A stretch of 60,298 nt of DNA, filler included, from Syncephalis fuscata S228 (lineage: Eukaryota > Fungi > Zoopagomycota): NCBI GenBank assembly GCA_025786725.1. It is 4 parts of 4 records of this genome, joined end to end, with 100 filler letters (N's around TTAATTAATTAA, not from the genome) between each part and the next. Parts side by side here need not be neighbours in the genome. Positions count along the whole stretch, not along the records: positions 13,714 to 37,995 come from JAHLTZ010000131.1; 3 more parts are not named here. One strand, 5' to 3'. The notes under the pieces are model-generated. The model did not search any database. It was not told the origin of the DNA and saw only the letters and a list, made by a program, of their open reading frames with translations. Position numbers and translations under genes: made by a program. Below, in pieces: positions 27,001-38,095 of this stretch (positions are counted from its first letter, which is position 1; every line of letters begins with the position of its first letter).

Positions 27001-27816
27001 TACAAGCTATAAGCATTAAATCGTTGACCCACACAATAGATATCATTTAATTAATACCCAGTCGATTGATATACAGTACCACTTACCAGCTATTGATATT
27101 CAATAATCGATACACACAATGCATAGAATGTAATTAGTGCATAACCATCTAATATACAATACCACTTACTGCCTATTGATATTGATTCGTTGATAAATAC
27201 AGTGGACAGTATATAATTAGTGTATAACTAACTGACATACAATACCACCTACATTCTATTAATTTATTGATAAACACCACAAATGTCACGTAATTAGTGT
27301 ATAATCACTAAATATAGCATGGCACCTACTTTCTATTAACATTAAATTGTTGATACACGCAGCGCATATCATGTAATTAGCTTATATTTAACTAATATAC
27401 AATAGAACTTACCTTCTATTGATTTTAATTTGGCAAATAAAATATATTTAATTAAATTGCTAACTGGCCCGTAATACTACTTGCCTTTTATTAATGTTAG
27501 TTTAACATAGTAGCATTACAAATACAGTGTTTAATGTACTGTTTATAACAAACTTACCATCTGTTTACATTTTTCATTGTGTTTATTATGTGTATGGAGT
27601 TGTATAATAAGTAATGTAGTAACAATCCCATGATCACAACTTACTAGCTAATATCACCATTAGTGGTTAAATATAACAACAGTAAGCATATCAATTTGCA
27701 CATTATTGTAATTACAACATACCACGACGGGCTAGAGCCGGTCTAGCTTCCACAATGGCTGTACTGGCTACAAAAGCTATAGTGAGGGTGCAGGCGACTA
27801 TAATAAAAAGCTTCAT
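24035..27816 (-). CDS. Secreted six-Cys peptide precursor (73 aa) encoded by a 94-nt signal exon, 39 three-nucleotide micro-exons and an 11-nt terminal coding exon
   Basis: Exon 1 (27816-27723) gives MKLFIIVACTLTIAFVASTAIVEARPALARR plus G. Repeated AG|NNN|GT units follow every ~82 bp from 27645 to 24112. Terminal AC ATA GAA TAA at 24045-24035. Joined frame is open and yields ANEEKCTAYYEKYCVFCKPEDKKSYIDDCITRCNQNRCPNIE. Confidence 0.85.
24046..27722 (-). repeat. About 40-unit diverged tandem array, mostly 72-87 bp per unit (intron + micro-exon cassettes)
   Basis: + strand consensus ...TAATTAGTGCATAGCCAATTAATATACAATACCACTTAC-NNN-CTATTAATATTAA..., which is the complement of branch site CTAAT, donor GTAAGT and acceptor TAG. 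Confidence 0.95.
26345..26749 (+). mobile_element. tRNA-derived SINE (family 2) inside an intron of the micro-exon gene
   Basis: Head GGGGACGTTGCTAGCCCAGTTGGTAAGG (A box) ... GGTTCAAACC (B box), (TAAA)n tail, 15-bp TSD TAATATACAGTACCA at 26330-26344 and 26750-26764. Confidence 0.85.
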
Positions 27817-29071
27817 GGTGATATTGATTTGTTAAACAAAGTAAAAAAGTAGAGGATCAAAGTATAGAGTAAAGTGTAGTAAATTCTTGGTAGAAAGCAG
27901 GGTGTAATGAAGATATTGCTGCTATGTGTGCAGTTTGCGGCTATTTAAGCTTATAATTGTACTGAAATATAAAACATGTATTGTATGGATTATACCATTG
28001 GTGTAATATGAACCAATAGCAATACATTTACATAGTGATCTAAATCGTACATATACCAGTATGTTCATAGTGTGACATTGTGCTGCCTGGCCCTTTGCTT
28101 CAATCTGCTTAGTGTTTAGTCATGTGAAGTGGCAATGATGATGGTTCAGTACATATAATACAGGGGTACATATACCAACCTGTACTTTGTTGCCCCATTT
28201 GGACATTTAGTTAAAAAACTTGTTCGTTTTATAAAAATAGTAATGACGACTTTGCTGTCACTTTCATTGACAGAAATGCGTAAACTAGTCTTAACTCCTT
28301 GAGTTATAAAATAAACTGGTTGGTGCATGTGTGTATTCAATCTAACAGTATGAAGATTTTTACAAAAATAAGCAGTGCATTAAATTTGCAAAAGTATAGT
28401 ATCAAAATATCATTGTATACTGCACTATTGTCAATGTCTCAAGTAGCGCATTGTCAAAATCGTTCAAAAATCAGTTGCGTAATAGGCACTGTTTGTAATA
28501 TACTACAGCACATAGTTTACTAGTAGATATTTTATTCAATTACAATGTTATTGACTATTCAACCGTTCGGCTATCTCAATTACCCAAATAACACTTACTA
28601 AAATGTGGAAATACTAAGCTACAATTGTAGGGCTGCCATAGTTAGATACAGTTAGTTTTGCTATAGTTAGTTTTGCACAGTATACAAACACAGTTTGCTT
28701 GATGTTTTAGTTTCAAATTGCATATTTAAATAATATTATCGAACTCAATATAAATTATTATTACATTCGACTCTTTTATTATGTTTATATAAGATAAACA
28801 TGCTAATACACTAGCACCATATGCTTCTAGAAATAAAATAGTAATAAGGCTTTATTATTATTGATAAAGTGTTCGGAGTAAGAGAATGCCAGATCAGATC
28901 ATGACTGTGATGAGTGATCAATTAAGGATCGAGTAGTTCAAATCAGATTCACTCTATCCAAGTAAGTTTTTCTTTTTGCAGTAATTCCGTAGAAGCGACA
29001 CCAGTTCTCTTTATCGTGCCTGATTTCTACTCGCGTTGATCTACTCTTTAAACGAAAAGCACCATAGCAAT

Positions 29072-29368
29072 ATGGCTTCACACGGACATGCTTCGAGCCT
29101 CTTTTCCGGTGCCGCCGGTAATGATTCGCCATTTAGCCCAGAAGATCAAAAAGAGCTGGCCGTGTTCCTCGAAACCGAGCAGTCAAAGGCTCGTCTCCAG
29201 AGCTCTATCCATACATTCACGGAAATGTGCTGGGATCGGTGCATTACGGGCAAGATCGGCGCAAAGCTATCGTCAAGCGATGAATCGTGTCTAACTAACT
29301 GCGTAGAACGCTTTCTCGACACTAGCTTGTTGATTGTCAAGCAGTTGGAAAGCAAGCGTGGCAATTAA
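29072..29368 (+). CDS. TIM8: Mitochondrial small Tim chaperone Tim8
   Basis: Twin CX3C motif: HTFTEMCWDRCI...SCLTNCVERFLDTS. Confidence 0.93.
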   Translation: MASHGHASSLFSGAAGNDSPFSPEDQKELAVFLETEQSKARLQSSIHTFTEMCWDRCITGKIGAKLSSSDESCLTNCVERFLDTSLLIVKQLESKRGN

Positions 29369-29661
29369 CGCTACACAGTAATAACAATAATAATAATAAT
29401 AATAGTAATAGTAGTGGCATAGTAATCATATCCATAACATGTTTTATTACGCTGAGTGCTTTATTGCTTGTATGGTCTGAGGTCACAAACATTGATAAAG
29501 TATAACGACAATGATACTGATATTCAAGTAAAACACCGCCTATTGCGATACTATCTATACTTAACTGTCTATTATATTTTAATGTTATTTATTAAATACG
29601 ATCAATATAAAACATAGTATTCATTATATTAAATTGGTATAGGCTAATCATTTATTACTAT

Positions 29662-31417
29662 CTAAAGTTCAATATCTTCTGAATTGTACTGTTCCACGAG
29701 TAACTGTCCGATAAAAGACCGTGGCTGGGCACCACTAGTTGATTTGTTAGTATATGCTGTGTCAAACCATCTACAGCCCATTATATTTAATACTTACATA
29801 TTAGTAATAAACAAATCAATAGACTCTGGCGGTACATATTCATGTCGAGGCTGTAACACTTGAACTTCTTTAATCAATTGATCTACAATATAATAAATAA
29901 AATAATTAATAAGCCATCCACTATCATTGTTACTGGAACATACCTTCTTCAAATGGTAGAATAGCATCCGGTGCACCGTGTACAGTGTATTGACTTGCAT
30001 CAAACGGCACAACTGGAGAGAATTTAAATACACCGCAGCATACTACAACAGGTACGTGATGGTGTCGTGCTGCAACTGTAGCGGCCCGACTACCAGCAAT
30101 AGCACTTAGACCGCCATTAGCAAATACTATTAAATTATGAGTATAAGCAATTAGTAACACATAGCCTTTAATCTCCTACCTCCATGAGCGCCTATTACGA
30201 CTTTATTCATACGCGACATAACTGCAAATATCGCGGCATCAGGAATAACAGTCGTTTCAATGCCCGCTGCCACTAATGCCGCTGCTTGCTCATGACCTAT
30301 ATAACTGTAACAATTAAGTGATAAATTGTCAAATAACTAGATAAACTATAATATATTGTTATTTACCTAGGAGCAGATTCGGCCACCACCACTTGAAATC
30401 GTCGCTTTTTAGCAGCGTGCCGTAGAAATTGTTCTACCGTTCTCGATTTGCCAATAGTCAAAATAATTTCACTATATACATAGTAAGTATAATATATATA
30501 TATGCCAATGGCCACATCTAGCTTACTTTGAATGAATATGATCTAATACTTGACCTGCTACATTGACATAGACATTTTCAAGCTCGTCAATATACTCTTG
30601 AATTGCCTGTATCATATTAGGCTTCAGTCGTAAAAAGCAAAGTAAGTCAAGTTAATAACAGTTATTAGCCAGTGTACTAAGTGCTTATAACAAGGATATT
30701 ATATGTAGATGTTGCATCATTATCATTGTCGTCGTCGTCTTTATCGTTGTGGTTGCTATCATCGTCATCTTGTACAGAATCGGCCGTATCAGCGCCTACC
30801 CGCATTGCTGCAACCAGATCATTGCCAAACAGTGTAAACATAGACGATGTTGTAGCATATTGATGTTGGCCATGTGTAGACAGCGTTCCTGAACCAGTGG
30901 CAGTAGCACCAGCTGCCCCATGAAGTCGTGGTCCAACAGCGCTGCCAGCCGTATTATTGCTAGTTTCTGGCTGCAATGCTGTTTGATACTCTTCGCGGAT
31001 CAGTTGCATCACACGTCGACACACATTGCCTACAACCAATTCTATATACTATATTAGCGTGGTTAAATAAAATTAATTTAAGCTATTTACTTACCAGTGG
31101 GCTGTGCAGCCACCAATCGACTAGATACTTCGCGAACAACCTTTAAAAGCTGATGCACATTGGCCCAACGACTTGACGATACCACCTGGCGCAAAAGAAG
31201 TGCCGTCTCCAAAGCAATAGGCCAAGAACCCACCACTTGTCTACTCGATAATACACACAAATACATATATAAGTAAGTTGAATCTGAATCCAAGGGATAG
31301 ATTGCAGCTTACAACACACTGCCCACCCCTATATTATATCTACATATCTACATACCGTAATCTTAGACGACTAATAAACCCGTCTACCTCTGTTTGTAGT
31401 GCTTGTGAACCTGTCAT
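29662..31417 (-). CDS. GCD7: eIF2B beta subunit
   Basis: [71 protein letters not shown]. Confidence 0.92.
30630..30699 (-). other. AT-AC U12-type intron in GCD7
   Basis: Begins ATATCCTTG and ends TTTTTAC. Removing it joins [22 protein letters not shown] in frame. Confidence 0.85.
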
Positions 31418-32107
31418 AATGCTGAAGTGGTCAAATAGAGCACTTGTTACCAAGGAATGCTCGCTGTAGGTAAAACAAGTAGAAAAAACACTATTCAAGA
31501 TCAAAGAATTCCAACCAGTCTTTAGAGTATTACTCTTTTCCTTCACTCACTCGCTCCTATTACTTACACCACCACTTGTCACTACGACTGTCATCTAAAC
31601 AGTCAGTTAGGTAACCGGTCATCTAGTTTATACTGTTTGCTTCGTATCTTTCTTTCTAGTGTTTAAATACAACTGTGGATTTGTAGCTAAATACATTTAG
31701 TATTATACAGACACGGGATCTTGCCTCTACTTGAGCAGCAAGTAGTGAACGAACGAACGAACGAGCGAGTGCATGCATTCTTATACTGCATGCTTGCGTG
31801 TTCGAGCGTTTAACCACAACTATTTGTTGAATATACTATCAGCGCCGGTAAGGCTTTCATCGCCATTCACGCCTACACGAGTGGAGGACTGGACACGGCA
31901 GGTGCTTGGTCAGCACGCCTGCTCGTTGGATCGGCACCTCCTTTAGCCACTGCTACAACAGCGGCTGGCCAGTCTTCATTGCTGCCATTCTCTGGCTCAT
32001 CACCCCTATCGCTTACGCCCGACGGATTAACTGTGGCATCGCGTCTACGCGCCTCTTCTTCTGCCTCGCATATTGTTAATAATAGTAACGGCATTGCGGG
32101 TAACAAT

Positions 32108-33653
32108 ATGCCTTCACAAGAGGGCAAATATATCCGAGAGGTATGGGCGGATAACCTTGAAAGTGAAATGGCTATATTACGCGATCTTGTTGAACATTAT
32201 CCCTATCTAGCCATGGTAAGTTATAATACGCAGTTATAGTGTAGTCGATAGAATGGTCTATATTAATAAGTATTAGGATACTGAATTTCCAGGTGTTGTT
32301 GCCCGACCCATTGGTAGTTTCCGAACTGCATCTGATTATCATTATCAAACATTAAGGTGTAATGTTGATTTGTTAAAGATTATTCAACTGGGCCTTACAT
32401 TTGCCAATGAACAAGGAGAAATGTCACCGGGTGCAGCTACTTGGCAATTTCATTTTAAATTCAGTTTAGCGTAAGTAGTAGCGTGTGTGTTAAATAGTAA
32501 AATATGTAAAATATAATATTAATTTTAATATATATATATATTGATATGTATATATAGCGATGATATGTATGCACAGGACAGTATTGATCTACTAGCCAAG
32601 TCTGGTATTGATTTTAAACGACACGAGGACCGTGGTATTGATGTGCATCTATTTGGTGAATTACTAATCAGTTCTGGATTTGTATTAACACGCGATGTAA
32701 AGTGGATTTCATTTCATAGGTATTTATTGTAATATTGATTATGGATGTGTATTAATGGATCATTAATAGTGGCTATGATTTTGGGTATCTACTTAAAGTA
32801 CTTACGTGTTCTCCATTGCCACCTGAGGAAGCAGGATTTTTCTCGTTGCTACATACCTATTTTCCATGCATTTATGATATTAAATATTTGATGAAAAGCT
32901 GTAAAAACCTTAAGGGAGGTCTACAAGATGTGGCCGATGATCTACAGGTACAGCGTGTTGGTCCACAGCATCAAGCTGGTAGTGATAGTCTATTGACTTG
33001 TACGACATTTTTTAAAATGCGTCAAATGTTTTTTGCTGATCAAATTGATGATGCCAAATATCTGTAAGTAATTAACTAGTGTAATGTATTTATAGTATCA
33101 ATATTAACCACCATTCATTACATCCTATACTATTAGTGGGTATTTATATGGACTGGGTAGTGGTGCACCCGTCAATAATGGTGCAGCTCCTACGCCACTT
33201 AACTCAGTCAATGGTACACATACAGATGCATCAACACCACAGCCATCATCTTCATCGTCAACCTTGTTATCGATGGCAGCCGCCACCGGATCTATTAGTA
33301 TGATTAGCAATACTACAGTTGTTTCTACGACTATGGCAACAGCAACGACAACGACAACACCAAAAGCTATCATTTCAACACCTCCCACATCATCATCATC
33401 TCATGATGTCAATAAAGAAACTAAAACTGATGATACAACGACTTCAACTACTGCTGCCACTGCACCACCATCGACAACAGAAGATAAAGATCAGTCTGTT
33501 GATACAGCAACAGTAGCAGCAGTAACAACAGTTATTACAGCTACAACTACTGCTGATGTTACAGCCATTACCACTACCACCACCACTACATCTTCTCCTT
33601 CATCTCCTACTTCATCAACTTCAAATCCAACTATTTCTACACCAGCCTCTTAA
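32108..33653 (+). CDS. POP2: CCR4-NOT deadenylase Caf1/Pop2 (CNOT7/8) with Thr/Ser-rich tail
   Basis: [58 protein letters not shown]. Confidence 0.95.
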
Positions 33654-33818
33654 ACTAAAGGCTTTTCTGTGTTATATACACCTTCATATACACCTTTTGG
33701 TATACTTGTTTACTCGCAGGCATATAATACTAACGAAGCATGGGATTGTACCGATCCGTTTATGGGTCAACGACTCGTATCACATTTATTTTAATAAAAT
33801 AAGAAAGCAGTTTATAAA

Positions 33819-34418
33819 CTATAATTTTGATATTTGTAGTTTGGTTAAACGATCACGAGCAATAGCAATCATTGCTTCTAAAGCTGTGCGGATCTCTTGT
33901 TCACGATGTCCATGTGCTAAGCGATCCTCAAGTACGGGCACAATTTCGGCCCGGCTACGACCATTGACAAATACCATAAAGCAAAAGCCGTACTTTGCCT
34001 CGTAGGCCGTATTGAGCTCGGCCAAACGCGCCAGTGTCTCGGCAAGTGGGACGGCAGTCGTTGCGGCCGATCCACCTGACTGACCGCCGCCTTGTTCTAC
34101 TTTCGATAGCGCGGAAAGTGAAGCAGTAGGCGCGCCAATACGAGGATGGGCATTAATAACCTCAACGACCTCTTGCTCGGTCAGTCTTGATTCGTTGTCG
34201 TATGAAACGTTGGCATCGCACGCCGCTAGCAGTATCGTTTCGGCTGTCGATATCAGCGACTCATACGACATGTACGGTCGACGTATCAGTAGTCGTTGGG
34301 CCAGCGGAGGCGCCGTCTCAAATAATACGTTGACCACAGCAAGGAATTGCTCGTCGGGAAGTGCGTTTAAATCGTTTATCGGCGGTAGAGAAGGCTGTGC
34401 GGTTGACGACGACGACAT
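33819..34418 (-). CDS. OHCU decarboxylase (urate catabolism)
   Basis: LFETAPPL, INAHPRIG, LNTAYEAKYGFCFMVFVNGRSR, IAIARDRL. Confidence 0.9.
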   Translation of the reverse strand: MSSSSTAQPSLPPINDLNALPDEQFLAVVNVLFETAPPLAQRLLIRRPYMSYESLISTAETILLAACDANVSYDNESRLTEQEVVEVINAHPRIGAPTASLSALSKVEQGGGQSGGSAATTAVPLAETLARLAELNTAYEAKYGFCFMVFVNGRSRAEIVPVLEDRLAHGHREQEIRTALEAMIAIARDRLTKLQISKL

Positions 34419-34785
34419 ATTGTAACAATAATTGCGTAGAATAATTGGATAGAATAAAGTTAAATTTGGACCATCTTGGCACATCATTCAATTGTATCGA
34501 TGTGAAGTGTTAATCACGTGGATCTATTGCCGTTAGGCAAAGGCATGTGCGCACCGTCATGCGATAAACATTGAATGCGAGTGCCGGCCTTTTAATGGTC
34601 GTGGCCATCGGTCGTTACATATAGACAGCGTCTAAATAAGCAATGTTAAGCCGCCAAGATTAGCGGTTATGGCGTTGATAACGGCAATAAATTAGCAAAT
34701 AAATAAAATGAATGATTACTGCTGCATTATGGAGTGCTAGTTGAACCATTAGTTTTGATTCTTATTGTTTAATTAGTAGTTTAGT

Positions 34786-37700
34786 ATGAGTGAGGATCGT
34801 CCAATTGAGCTAATACCTAGGGAAAATAGCCGTCGCCGACCCATGTCATCGCCGGATCGTGCCGCCAATGCTGCATCTTTTAGCGATGATATCGAGAATA
34901 AATCGAATCATCAGCATGTCACGTCAAACGTATCGTTAAAAACACCGCTGCCACCACTAGCGCGAGCAAATTGGTTCTCGCGACTAACATTTGGTTGGAT
35001 TGGCTCGCTGGTTTCACTAGGCCAAAAGCCTATACTAACTGAAGTCGATATGCCACCTATAAGGTAATTTGACCCAGCTATTTATTCTGTAAATGATGCA
35101 GTAGGCTAATAATAATAATAATAATACACGTTAGTGACGATGATAATTGTCGTAATTTATCGGATACTATGCTTGATGCATGGAGAATTGAATTGGATCG
35201 AGTGCGACATATCAAAGGAGCAACGCCTAGTCTGTGGCGCGTATTATTTCGTACATTAAAATCGATATTTTTAATCTCTGGTGTAATGAGTGTATTAGTT
35301 GCGGGGCTTAAAATAGCTGAAGCAATATTACTGGGGTAAGTACTATGTTAATAAAGTGTTATAACATTACAATATTATGATAAAATATACTGTTATTATT
35401 ATTTATTAATAATGGTACTAATAATGACTGTAATTACTAGACAGTTTATATATTTCTTCCAGGATCCACAGGCACCCAATCGCACGGTAAGTACATTTTA
35501 ATCTACTATTTATTGCCTGACTGTATTATATTTAATAATAACAATTTTATTTTGTCTAATGTGGTCTTCATTTAGGGATATTTGTGGGCATTGGCACTTA
35601 TTGGTGTCACTATGACCCATGCATGTTTACAAAGTCAGTATATCTTTCCAGCTCGTCGTATGGGCTTTCAAGCGCGTACCGGTCTTATTGGTAAATATTA
35701 AATTGCGTACATTATAGATGTACACATACCAATCATTATCAATCTATTTAGCTGTATTATATCGTAAAATGCTACGACTACCCGCTAGTTCGTTGATTTC
35801 ATCTGGTGAAGCCATTAATATCATATCAAATGATACCCAGTGCTTCGAAACGCTTGCTCCATTACTTCACGATTTATGGATTGGACCGACCGAGTCCATG
35901 ATTGTTATATTTCTGCTGTGTATTACACTTGGTTGGCCAGCACTTATAGGTGTAGGAATTGTTGTGATATCTGTGCCGGTCAACGCATGGATTACTCGTC
36001 AGCTAATGTTTATTCGCATGGGACTTGTTACGCATCGAGTAAGTAATGCAATATAATAAATTAAAATAACCTGTTTATTTATTGCTTTATTTCTAATTAT
36101 AGGATTCAAGAATTAGATTACTAAGCGATATATTTCACGGCATTGAACTTATTAAATTGTTAGTCTATTGTTAACGTGTATAGCACATACTTACATTTTA
36201 CTAGATCTGCATGGGAAGAGCCATTGGAAAATGAGGCCAATAAACAACGAAATGAAGAAATGCAATTCTTTTTGCAAAATTTAAAATATGCTACAGTACT
36301 GTTTTCATTTTTCTCTAATATTACAAGTAAGTAATAATTAGCATAAATATGATTAATTACTAATTATTGGTATAGATGTGCTTGCTATCAGTACATTTGC
36401 TGTATATGTGGCTATCGGCAATGAATTACAGCCAGATATTGTTTTTTCATCGCTAGCTTTGTTAAATATTGTTCGTTTAGCAGTTGGAACAAGATTTCCA
36501 GCTGCTTTACGTTTACTTGCTGAATGTATCGTTGCTGCAGGGCGTATAGTATCATTATTGACACTGCCAGAAAATGCACCACTATCCATTGATGATAGTC
36601 GATCGTTAATTTCAGATCCAAGTCTCAATGATAGTTCTGTATCAAAGCCAATTATGGAATTTAGAAATGCCAACTTTACCTGGGCTCCCTTAACTCAATT
36701 ATTACTACCCGTTAAATCTAAAGTAATAGCAAATAAACGTAAGTAGTAGTATTTATATTGATATAGCTTTATGTTCATCCATTTAACTAGATGAAATGGC
36801 CACCGATATACCATTAAAATCTAATTCAGAAGCAAATAATGTATTAAAAATATTAGTTTTGATTTATTGGATGAGGAGCTACTGGTTGTTGTCGGACCGG
36901 TGGGCGGGTAACTAATTAGCTAATCTAAATAGTTGAATTATTCTAATGCATCTATATAGTGGCAAATCATCATTATGTATGGCTGCTTTACAAGAAATAC
37001 ACGCCGTATCAGGCAATGCAGCATTTTTACAACAAACACCAATACCGCTGGTCGTGGTCGTATTGGCTATGCACAACAGCAGCCATTTCTGCTGTCAGGC
37101 ACAGTAAGAGATAATATTACCTTTGGCGAACCCTATGATCCCGATTGGTTTGCTCGAGTTGTGGAGGCATGTGCACTCCGAGAAGATCTTGAAAAGCTAT
37201 CGCACGGTGATATGACATTTGTCGGTGAACGAGGCATTACACTTAGGTAGGCAATATTTACCCCCCCCAATAGTTATACAGTATATTCATTATAACAAAT
37301 ATAGTGGAGGTCAAAAAGCCCGTGTAGCACTGGCCCGTGCCATTTACACACCGGCCGATTATTATGTCTTTGATGACCCATTATCGGCTGTTGATCCACA
37401 CGTAGCCCGTCATCTATTTGATCAAGCCATTTGTGGATTGCTAGCTGGCCGACCACGGCTACTTACTACACATCAGCTTCAATTTGTATTTCAATGTGAT
37501 AGAATATTGGTATTAGAGAATGGCGAGATAACCGCACTGGATACACCAAGTAATGTACTAGCAACATTGGTGGAAATCGATGCTACAGATTCTACCAACA
37601 ATGATGAACAAGGTTTTATTCATCAATTGCGCCAATATATGCAAAATGAAAGCAGTGCAAGTCAAAGTGCCAGTGAAGAAGTAAAAGATAGCGATAGCAC

Positions 37701-37995
37701 TAATAATGAAGACATTAATAACATTAGTAATGATAACAGCAGCCATTAGTAAGTATTTAAACGTTTAAAGCCATAACTAATTATTTATACACAAAATCAC
37801 ATAGTGAAATTGCATCAACCAGCGATACTGATACAGCCAAAGACATAAAAACAGAAGGAAGTTTAGAGACTAATAATGCAGTTGCTGAAGATCAAGAAAT
37901 TGGTACAACGCCATTAAATGTTTATTGGCAGTTTCTTAGATTCGGTGGATCCATTGGCACTGTTATATTACTTTTATTGATCACTGTTGCAACTC
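34786..37995 (+). CDS. ABCC/MRP-type ABC transporter, N-terminal half (truncated by contig end)
   Basis: ANWFSRLTFGW, Walker A GPVGGGKSS (split by an intron), VGERGITLSGGQKARVALARA, Walker B YVFDDPLSAVD. Confidence 0.92.
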
Positions 37996-38095
37996 NNNNN
38001 NNNNNNNNNNNNNNNNNNNNNNNNNNNNNNNNNNNNNNNTTAATTAATTAANNNNNNNNNNNNNNNNNNNNNNNNNNNNNNNNNNNNNNNNNNNN
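37996..38095. other. Artificial contig-join spacer
   Basis: N run with TTAATTAATTAA in the middle. Confidence 0.97.

Noticed and set aside
24046-27722. CRISPR array or plain satellite DNA
   Set aside because: The context is eukaryotic with no cas genes. The conserved parts are splice signals and the variable part is exactly 3 nt.
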